Shown here in pieces: positions 8,823 to 15,853 of a stretch of 32,513 bases of DNA. The position numbers were made by a program, and so were the translations under genes. This DNA is from Thermoflexus hugenholtzii JAD2. GTDB lineage: Bacteria > Chloroflexota > Dehalococcoidia > UBA2979. Under the pieces are notes generated by a model, which saw only the letters and a list, made by a program, of their open reading frames with translations, was not told the DNA's origin and ran no database searches. The stretch spans positions 1-32,513 of the forward strand of contig CAMDBZ010000001.1 in the NCBI GenBank assembly GCA_945889565.1, read 5' to 3'. Numbering within the stretch: position 1 is the stretch's first letter; each line of letters begins with the position of its first letter.

Positions 8823-9563
8823 GTGTTCGCCGACCCGCCACTCGAGGCCGCGGGGCCGCAGCCGCCGCGCGGCGAATGGCGCAGCAGCGACCTGCTGCTG
8901 GGCGCGGCGCTGCTGGTGGCGAGCATCCTGGGGCTGACGGCGCTCCTCGCGCTGTACGCGGCGGTGAGCGGCGCCGACCGCGGGGGCGGCGTTGTGGCGG
9001 CCGCGGCGACGCTCGTGTTCGAGGTGGGGCTGGGCGGCATCGTGGCGCTGCTCGCGTGGCGGCGCGGGCTGCGGCCGCGCGACCTCGGCTTCGTGCGGCC
9101 GCGGCGCTGGCGGCCGCTGGGGCTGGCGTGGGCGGGCGTGTACGTCGCGCTGGTGGCGTACCAGCTGGTGCTCGCGCTGATCGCGGCGCTGGGGGTGGAC
9201 ACCTCGGGGCTGAGGGAGGGCAACGCGCTGCCGCTGGGCGACGACGCGGGGGCCGTGGAACTCTCGCTGCTGGCGCTTTCGGTGGTGGTCGGCGCGCCGC
9301 TGGGCGAGGAGCTGTTCTTCCGGGCGCTGCTCTATCGGGGCTTTCGGCGGCTGTGGGGGGTGCTGCCGGGCATCGCGGCGAGCGCGCTGGTGTTCGCGAG
9401 CTTCCACCTGGACGTGGGGGTGCTGGTGCCGTTCGTGCTGGTGGGGGCGCTGCTGGCGTGGTCGTACGAGGCGAGCGGGTCGCTCTGGGTGCCGATCGCG
9501 GTGCATGCGCTGTTCAACGGGGCGTCGTTCGCGCTGCAGCTGGTGTTGGAGGGCCCAGGGTGA
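8823..9563 (+). CDS. CPBP family intramembrane glutamic/metallo-protease (CAAX protease/Abi-like)
   Basis: Multi-pass hydrophobic protein with the three family motifs in order: [11 protein letters not shown] (EExxxR), FASFH (FxxxH), HALFN (HxxxN). GTG 8823 lies 9 nt after the trpB stop. Confidence 0.85.
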   Translation: MFADPPLEAAGPQPPRGEWRSSDLLLGAALLVASILGLTALLALYAAVSGADRGGGVVAAAATLVFEVGLGGIVALLAWRRGLRPRDLGFVRPRRWRPLGLAWAGVYVALVAYQLVLALIAALGVDTSGLREGNALPLGDDAGAVELSLLALSVVVGAPLGEELFFRALLYRGFRRLWGVLPGIAASALVFASFHLDVGVLVPFVLVGALLAWSYEASGSLWVPIAVHALFNGASFALQLVLEGPG

Positions 9564-9603
9564 GCGCTCGCAGGCGCTGGTGGGCGCTGCTACCCTCGCT
9601 GCC

Positions 9604-10416
9604 ATGACTGGCGCGGTGACCACGGACCGGCTCGGCGAGCTATTCGCGCGGACGCGGGCGGCGGGGCGACCGGCGCTCATCGGCTTCGTGCCGGGGTGCT
9701 GGCCGGAGCTCGACGCGACCGTGGCGATCGCGCAGGCGGCCGAGGCGGGGGGCATGGACGCGCTGGAGCTGGGCGTGCCGTTCAGCGACCCGCTGGCGGA
9801 CGGCGTGACGAACCAGCTGGCGTACCAGCAGGCGCTCGCAGCCGGCGCGACGCCGGCGGCGGTGCTGGCGCAGGCGGCGGCGATCCGCGCGGCGGGCGTT
9901 CGCATGCCGTTACTGCTCATGGGATACTGCAACCCGCTGTTCGCCTACGGCACGGAGCGCTTCGTGCGGGACGCTGCGGCGGCGGGCGTCGACGGGTTGA
10001 TCGTCGTGGACCTGCCGCCGGAAGAGGCGGGCGAGCTGGAGCGGGCGGCGCGAGCGGCGGGCGTGCACGTGGTGTACCTGCTGGCGCCGACCTCGACGAC
10101 GGAGCGCATCGCGCTGGTGGCCCGGCACGCAAGCGGGTTCATCTACTGTGTGAGCGTGACGGGCGTGACCGGAGCGCGCGCCGCGCTGGCCGAGGAGCTG
10201 CCCGCGTTCCTGGCGCGGGTCCGCAAGCACACCGCGCTGCCGCTGGCGGTGGGCTTCGGGATCTCGACGCGCGCGCAGGTGGCGGCAGTCGGCGCGCTGG
10301 CCGACGCGGTGATCGTGGGCAGCGCGTTCGTGCAGGCGGTAGCGGCGGCGCCACGTGCGGAGCGCGCGGCGGCGGTGCGGGCGTTCACGGCGGAGCTGTG
10401 CGGCCGTGGAGGCTGA
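9604..10416 (+). CDS. trpA: tryptophan synthase alpha chain
   Basis: ATG 9604. Motifs present: [38 protein letters not shown]. There is no obvious SD, and the gene starts 40 nt after the CPBP gene. Confidence 0.92.
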   Translation: MTGAVTTDRLGELFARTRAAGRPALIGFVPGCWPELDATVAIAQAAEAGGMDALELGVPFSDPLADGVTNQLAYQQALAAGATPAAVLAQAAAIRAAGVRMPLLLMGYCNPLFAYGTERFVRDAAAAGVDGLIVVDLPPEEAGELERAARAAGVHVVYLLAPTSTTERIALVARHASGFIYCVSVTGVTGARAALAEELPAFLARVRKHTALPLAVGFGISTRAQVAAVGALADAVIVGSAFVQAVAAAPRAERAAAVRAFTAELCGRGG

Positions 10417-10429
10417 GGGGCGGCGACAG

Positions 10430-10816
10430 ATGCTCGTACGCGGAATTCGCGGAGCGACGACGGTGGAGGCGAACACGCGCGAGGCGATCCTCGACGCGGC
10501 AAGCGAGCTGCTCGCGGAGCTCGTGCGCGCAAACGACGTCCAGCGCGACCATGTCGCGTCGATCATCTTCACGACGACGCCTGATCTCAACGCAGAGTTT
10601 CCAGCGGTGGCGGCGCGGAGCGCGGGCTGGACGGACGTGGCGCTGATGTGCGGCCACGAGATGAACGTGCCGGGCAGCCTGCCGCGCTGCCTGCGCATCC
10701 TGATGCACGTGAACACGGAGCGCGGCCTGCACGAGCTGCGGCACGTCTATCTACGCGGGGCGCGCGCGCTGCGCCCCGACCTTGTGAGCGAACAGCATGT
10801 GGAGGCGACACCGTGA
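10430..10816 (+). CDS. aroH: chorismate mutase, AroH class
   Basis: MLVRGIRGATTVEANTREAIL...TTTPDLNAEFPA...RHVYLRGARALRPDL matches B. subtilis AroH along its whole length as I recall it (MMIRGIRGATTVE...ATPDL..FPA...RHVYL...LRPDL). Confidence 0.9.
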   Translation: MLVRGIRGATTVEANTREAILDAASELLAELVRANDVQRDHVASIIFTTTPDLNAEFPAVAARSAGWTDVALMCGHEMNVPGSLPRCLRILMHVNTERGLHELRHVYLRGARALRPDLVSEQHVEATP

Positions 10817-11853
10817 TCGTGATAATGAGTGCGATGGGGACCGCGGAGCAGCGTGCCGCCGTGGTGGCGCGGCTCGAGGACCTGGGGCTGCGGGGGCAGG
10901 AGATCGTGGGCGAGTCGCGGACGGTGATCGCGGTGCTGGGAGCCGTGTATCCGGAACTACGGGACGAGCTGGGCACGATGGACGGCGTGGACGAGGTGTT
11001 GCGGGTGTCCAAGCCGTACAAGCTGGCGAGCCGCGAGGTGCACCAGGACGACACGATCGTGCGGCTGTCACACGGGGTGTCGGTGGGCGGCGGGCGGCCG
11101 GTGGTGATGGCGGGGCCGTGCTCGATCGAGAGCGAGACGCAGCTGTGGGAGGCGGCGCGCGGCGTGCGCGACGGCGGCGCGCACCTTCTGCGCGGCGGGG
11201 CGTTCAAGCCGCGCAGCTCGCCGTACTCGTTCCAGGGCATGGGCGTGCCGGGGCTGAAGCTGCTGCGGGCCGCTGGTGACGAGTTCGGCATGCCGGTGAT
11301 CAGCGAGCTGCTGTCGGTGCGCGACGTGGATGCGGTGGCGCAGTACTCGGACGTGCTGCAAATCGGCGCGCGCAACATGCAGAACTTCGTGCTGCTGGAG
11401 GAGGCCGGCAAGACCGGCAAGCCGGTGATGCTGAAGCGTGGGCTGGCCGGGACGATCGAGGAATGGCTGCTGGCGGCGGAGTACATCCTGAACGAGGGCA
11501 ACCCCAACGTGATCCTGTGCGAGCGGGGCATCCGCACGTTCGAGACGGCGACGCGCAACACGATGGACCTGAACGCGATCGCGCTGGTGAAGCGGCTCAG
11601 CCACCTGCCGGTGATCTCCGACCCGTCGCACGGCACCGGGAAGTGGTACCTCGTGGAGCCGATGTCGATGGCGAGCCTGGCGGTGGGCGCGGACGGGCTG
11701 ATGATCGAGGTGCACCCGAGCCCGGATCACGCGCTGTCGGACGGCGCGCAGTCGTTGACGCCGGCGAACTTCGCGGGGCTGATGCGCGCGGGCGCGGCGC
11801 TGGGCGTGGCGCTCGGCCGGCCGTTCGCCGACGTGCCGCAGCGGGTGGCGTAA
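10813..11853 (+). CDS. aroF: 3-deoxy-7-phosphoheptulonate (DAHP) synthase, type I-beta, with N-terminal ferredoxin-like regulatory domain
   Basis: GTG 10813 overlaps the aroH stop (GTGA), with GGAGG at 10801-10805. The core carries MAGPCSIES, LRGGAFKPRSSPYSFQG, IGARNMQNF and SDPSHG. An N-terminal extension of about 70 aa precedes the core, as in Thermotoga-type enzymes. Confidence 0.9.
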   Translation: MIVIMSAMGTAEQRAAVVARLEDLGLRGQEIVGESRTVIAVLGAVYPELRDELGTMDGVDEVLRVSKPYKLASREVHQDDTIVRLSHGVSVGGGRPVVMAGPCSIESETQLWEAARGVRDGGAHLLRGGAFKPRSSPYSFQGMGVPGLKLLRAAGDEFGMPVISELLSVRDVDAVAQYSDVLQIGARNMQNFVLLEEAGKTGKPVMLKRGLAGTIEEWLLAAEYILNEGNPNVILCERGIRTFETATRNTMDLNAIALVKRLSHLPVISDPSHGTGKWYLVEPMSMASLAVGADGLMIEVHPSPDHALSDGAQSLTPANFAGLMRAGAALGVALGRPFADVPQRVA

Positions 11854-11859
11854 CCGCGC

Positions 11860-12657
11860 GTGCTACGCCGGGCGGCGACGGACACGGGTGCCAGCGACCC
11901 GTTCGTACTGCAGCTGGCCGCGTTCGAGGGGCCGCTCGACCTGTTGCTGCACCTGCTCGATCAGCAGCGGCTGGACATCACCGAGGTGTCGCTGCTGGCG
12001 GTGACGGAGCAGTACCTCGCGCACCTGCGTGCGGGTGAGGTGGTGGACCTCGATGCGCTCTCGGAGTTCATCGCGGTGGGAGCGCGGCTGCTGCTGCTGA
12101 AGTCGCGCGCGCTGCTGCCGCGCGACCCGAGCGAGGAGCCCATCGCGGGGGACGACGACGAGGACCCGGCGGCGCTGGTGGCGCGGTTGCAGGAGTACCG
12201 GCGCTTCAAGGAGGCGGCGGAGTTCCTGCGCGCGCTGGAGGTGGAGCATCGGCAGGGGTACCGGCGCGCGGCGACGCCGCCGGAGCTGCCACTGCCCCCG
12301 GGCCTCGACGGGGTGACGCTGCCGACGCTGGTCTCGCTGTTGCAGCAGGCGCTGGACCGCGTGCCGGCGCCGCGGCCGGCGCCGGCGGTGATGCCGCGCG
12401 AGCGCGTGCGGCTGGCGGACCGGGTGGCGGCGCTGGCGGCGCGGCTGGAGCGCGAGGGACGCGTGTCGTTCCGGGCGCTTGTCGAGAGCGCGGCGACACG
12501 CATCGACGTGATCGTCGAGTTCCTGGCGGTGCTCGAGCTGATCAAGGCGCGCTTCCTGGAGGCGCGGCAGGCGGAGGCGTTCGGCGATATCGAGCTCGTG
12601 CGGGTGCCCGGCGGCGAGGTCCCGGCGACGCTCGACGACGCGCTGGTGGAGGCGTAG
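11860..12657 (+). CDS. scpA: segregation and condensation protein A
   Basis: FEGPLDLLLHLLDQQRLDITEVSLLAVTEQYL is the typical ScpA N-terminus. It starts 6 nt after the DAHP synthase stop. Confidence 0.85.
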   Translation: MLRRAATDTGASDPFVLQLAAFEGPLDLLLHLLDQQRLDITEVSLLAVTEQYLAHLRAGEVVDLDALSEFIAVGARLLLLKSRALLPRDPSEEPIAGDDDEDPAALVARLQEYRRFKEAAEFLRALEVEHRQGYRRAATPPELPLPPGLDGVTLPTLVSLLQQALDRVPAPRPAPAVMPRERVRLADRVAALAARLEREGRVSFRALVESAATRIDVIVEFLAVLELIKARFLEARQAEAFGDIELVRVPGGEVPATLDDALVEA

Positions 12658-12727
12658 CCGGCGCGCCCGCCCGCGCGGGAGCCGGCGCTCGCATGCGCGG
12701 GGTACGAGGACGAGAAGGGCGGAGCGG

Positions 12728-13648
12728 GTGTTGCTGACTCGCGACGAGCTCCGTCACGCCGTGCGGCCGGGCCCGCAGGCACTCACCATCGGCGTGTTCG
12801 ACGGGGTGCATCGCGGGCACCAGATGCTGCTCGCGCGGCTGCAGGACGAAGCGCGCGCGCGCGGCCTGGGCGCGGGCGTGGTGACGTTCCACCCGAACCC
12901 GCTGGCGGTGCTGCGGCCGGAGTCGCCGTTCGCTTACCTGACCACGCTGGAGCAGCGCGTGGAGTTGCTGCAGGCGGCCGGGGTGGACTGGGTGGCGGTG
13001 GTGCAGTTCACCTCCGAGCTGGCGCTCGTGTCGGCGGAGGACTTCGCGCGCGTGCTGGTGGAGGAGGCGCGGCTGCGGCTGCTGCTGGTGGGCGAGAACT
13101 TCGCGCTGGGGCGCGGGCGCGAGGGCACGGTGGAGCGATTGCGCGCGATCGGGGCGGACGCGGGGTTCGAGGTGATGGCAGTACCGCTGCTGGCGGCCTC
13201 GGAGGACGGGATCTCGTCGACGCGCGTGCGGAAGGCGCTCGCGGAGGGGGCGATGGAGCTCGTGTCGCAGCTGCTTGGGCGGCCGTTCTCGTTGCGCGGG
13301 CCGGTGCTGCGCGGCGACGAGCGCGGGCGCACGATCGGCTTCCCGACGCTGAACATCGGCACGAGCGCGGACCAGGCGTTGCCGCCGAACGGCGTGTACG
13401 TGACGCGCGTGGAGCTGGGTGAGGCGCGCTACCCCGGCACGACGAACATCGGCACGCAGCCGACGTTCGACGGCACGCGGCGGCGCGTGGAGACGCACGT
13501 GCTCGACTACGCGGGCGACGCGTACGGGCAGGTCGTGCGCATCGAGCTGCTGCGGCGGCTGCGCGACGAGCGCAAGTTCGAGGGCGTCGAGGCGCTCGTC
13601 GCGCAGATCGGCGACGACGTGGCGGCGACACGGGCGTACTTCGGGTGA
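12728..13648 (+). CDS. ribF: bifunctional riboflavin kinase / FMN adenylyltransferase
   Basis: Motifs present: IGVFDGVHRGHQ, GENFALG, GFPTLN, ETHVLD. Confidence 0.92.
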   Translation: MLLTRDELRHAVRPGPQALTIGVFDGVHRGHQMLLARLQDEARARGLGAGVVTFHPNPLAVLRPESPFAYLTTLEQRVELLQAAGVDWVAVVQFTSELALVSAEDFARVLVEEARLRLLLVGENFALGRGREGTVERLRAIGADAGFEVMAVPLLAASEDGISSTRVRKALAEGAMELVSQLLGRPFSLRGPVLRGDERGRTIGFPTLNIGTSADQALPPNGVYVTRVELGEARYPGTTNIGTQPTFDGTRRRVETHVLDYAGDAYGQVVRIELLRRLRDERKFEGVEALVAQIGDDVAATRAYFG

Positions 13649-14865
13649 GCGCGCGGCGCATGGCGGACGTCGACGAGCAGCTCGCGGTGCTGCTCCGCGG
13701 GACCGACTTCGGCGACGAGGCGACGCGACGCACGATGGAGCGCGAGCTGCGCGCGCGCCTCGCCGAAGATCGGCCGCTGCGCGTGTACTGCGGGTACGAC
13801 CCGACCTCGGTGGACCTGCACCTCGGGCACACGTTGTCGATGCGCAAGCTGCGGCAGTTCCAAGACTTCGGGCACGAGGTGACGTTTCTCATCGGGAACT
13901 TCACGGGGCTCGTCGGCGATCCCTCGGACCGCGATAAGCGGCGTCCGATGGTGAGCGCGGAGACGCTGGCGGCGAACGCCACGACGTACGCCCAGCAGGC
14001 GGGGCGCATCCTCGACATGTCGGGGGCGGCCGTGCGCTACAACGCGGAGTGGCTCGGGAAGCTCTCGTTCGCGGACGTGATCCGGCTGTGCTCGCACTTC
14101 ACGGTGGCGGAGTTCCTGCGGCGCGACAACTTCGCCCGCCGCATGGAGCGCGACGAGCCGGTGTACCTGAGCGAGTTCCTGTACGGGCTGATGCAGGCGT
14201 ACGACGCGGTGGCGCTGGAGGCGGACGTGCAGGTCGGCGGCACGGAGCAGCTGTTCAACCTGATGGCGGGGCGGAAGCTACAGGAGGCGCACGGGCAGCA
14301 GCCGCAGATTGTGATCACGTTACCGCTGCTCGTGGGCACCGACGGCCACGAGAAGATGTCCAAGTCGCTGGGGAACTACATCGGCGTGGACGAGCCGGCG
14401 CGCGAGGTGTTCGGCAAGGTGATGTCGGTGCCGGACCCGGCGATGCGCGACTACTTCACGCTGCTGACGAGCGTGCCGGCGGACGAGGTGGATGTGCTCG
14501 TCGGCGGGCCACCGCTTGCGGCGAAGAAGCGGCTCGCGGAGGCGATCACGGCGTCGTTGCACGGCGCGGCGGCGGCCGCGGAGGCGCGCGCGTACTTCGA
14601 GGCGACGGTGCAGCGACGCGAGACGCCGGAGGAGATGCCGGCGTACCGCATCGCGGCCGGTGCGGAGCGCGGGCTGGCCGACGTGCTGGTGGCGGCGCGG
14701 CTCGCGAACAGCAAGGCGGAGGTGCGGCGGCTGGTGGCGCAGAAAGCGATCCGCATCAACGGGGGGCTGGCCGATCACTTCGACGAGCCGCTGGCGGACG
14801 GCGACGAGCTGAAAGTGGGCCCGCACCGCTTCCTGCGCATCGTGGACGAAGGGGCGCGCGCGTGA
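13645..14865 (+). CDS. tyrS: tyrosine--tRNA ligase (type 2)
   Basis: HIGH-type motif DLHLGHTL, KMSKS motif KMSKSLGN, and a C-terminal S4-like domain. GTG 13645 overlaps the ribF stop (GTGA); ATG 13660 is the alternative start. Confidence 0.93.
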   Translation: MSARRMADVDEQLAVLLRGTDFGDEATRRTMERELRARLAEDRPLRVYCGYDPTSVDLHLGHTLSMRKLRQFQDFGHEVTFLIGNFTGLVGDPSDRDKRRPMVSAETLAANATTYAQQAGRILDMSGAAVRYNAEWLGKLSFADVIRLCSHFTVAEFLRRDNFARRMERDEPVYLSEFLYGLMQAYDAVALEADVQVGGTEQLFNLMAGRKLQEAHGQQPQIVITLPLLVGTDGHEKMSKSLGNYIGVDEPAREVFGKVMSVPDPAMRDYFTLLTSVPADEVDVLVGGPPLAAKKRLAEAITASLHGAAAAAEARAYFEATVQRRETPEEMPAYRIAAGAERGLADVLVAARLANSKAEVRRLVAQKAIRINGGLADHFDEPLADGDELKVGPHRFLRIVDEGARA

Positions 14866-15320
14866 TCGACGGTGGCATCGGCGTCGACATCGCGGCGATC
14901 GTGCAGAACATCGCGGAGGCGGAGGTCGTGACGCTGCACTTCCCGATGCTGCGCCAGACGTTGCTGCTCGATAGCCGCAGCGACGAGCACGAGGGCCCGC
15001 TGGTGACGGTGGTGCCGATGGTGAACAACTCGGCGGAGCGGCTGGCGTCGCTGCGGCGGCTGCGGCCGCGGTTCGAGCGGCCGAGCTCGCTCTCGATGAT
15101 CGCGTGGCCCGCGTCGGTGGAATGCCTGCGCCGCGAAGGCGTGTGGGATGCGGTGCTGGCGCGGCTCGCGGACAGCGGCGACGCGCGGGCGGTGGCCGCT
15201 GCGGGACGAGCGCTCTCGCGGCTGCGCGCGCTGGAGCTCGTCGAGATCCGCCAGGTGATCGTGGGGATGGAGTACCGCACGGTGTGGGGTCGCGCGGGGG
15301 CGGGCGACCGCAAGCCGTAA
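14862..15320 (+). CDS. hypothetical protein (152 aa), no recognisable domain
   Basis: GTG 14862 overlaps the tyrS stop (GTGA). The amino-acid composition is balanced (I, V, L, E, N, M, W present), unlike the Arg/Ser/Pro-rich alternative frames. Stop is TAA 15318-15320. Confidence 0.55.
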   Translation: MIDGGIGVDIAAIVQNIAEAEVVTLHFPMLRQTLLLDSRSDEHEGPLVTVVPMVNNSAERLASLRRLRPRFERPSSLSMIAWPASVECLRREGVWDAVLARLADSGDARAVAAAGRALSRLRALELVEIRQVIVGMEYRTVWGRAGAGDRKP

Positions 15321-15428
15321 GCGTGGCGCTGCGCGGACTACGCCACCGTCGCGCTTCGAACCTCGGACCCTCACTTCGGCCCTGTCGACGACAATCGTCA
15401 GCTCGATCTCCGCCAGGGCGAGGCCGTC

Positions 15429-15812
15429 CTAGGCCAGACTCAACCCTTCGGGAAGCAGCGCTATCTCGGTCGCTGCGAGGGCGAGCGCACCTACCGATAC
15501 CAGCGTCAGCCACCTCGCCTCCGCCGCTCGAAATCCATCGATCAGGCCGAACATTGCCCAGGCCCACAGAATGTTCCAACTCGCGATGAACAAGAGGTAA
15601 GTCGCAATCATGGGGTACACCCATAGCGGCGTCGGTCCACATGACTGGCCGTACTCGCAAGCCGACTGTTCGTAAGGGTCGATGCCGATCCCCGCCAGCA
15701 GCCGCTCATACGCCACCCAGGCGACGATGGATACCGCGCTCGCAGCTGCCACTCCAATCAGTCCGAGAGGATTCCGGAGCACACGTGTGAACTCACTCGC
15801 TGGAGGCCGCAT
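15429..15812 (-). CDS. small hydrophobic membrane protein (127 aa; about 3 TM segments), unknown function
   Basis: This is the C-terminal part of the 834-aa track ORF. ATG is at 15812, with an alternative GTG at 15851 that lies 2 nt after the EF-G2 stop. TM-like stretches: LGLIGVAAASAVSIVAWVAY, LWVYPMIATYLLFIASWNILWAWAMFGLI, LTLVSVGALALAATEIALL. G+C is locally much lower (31/60 at 15541-15600). Confidence 0.5.
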   Translation of the reverse strand: MRPPASEFTRVLRNPLGLIGVAAASAVSIVAWVAYERLLAGIGIDPYEQSACEYGQSCGPTPLWVYPMIATYLLFIASWNILWAWAMFGLIDGFRAAEARWLTLVSVGALALAATEIALLPEGLSLA

Positions 15813-15853
15813 CTCTCCAGATGGGCCTCCGCGCGGCTCGCCCTCGCTCACGA

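Noticed and set aside
5840-9932. Long minus-strand ORFs (5840-8185, 6186-7892, 8007-9932) antisense to trpC-trpA
   Set aside because: They have the same Arg/Pro/Ala-rich artefact composition, no recognisable domains, and they overlap well-supported plus-strand genes.
15321-15428. tRNA-like TTCGAA-containing stretch after the last plus-strand gene
   Set aside because: On neither strand can a cloverleaf be drawn: there is no acceptor stem, and no T-stem complementary pair flanks TTCGAA. It is probably just an intergenic spacer with a weak hairpin.
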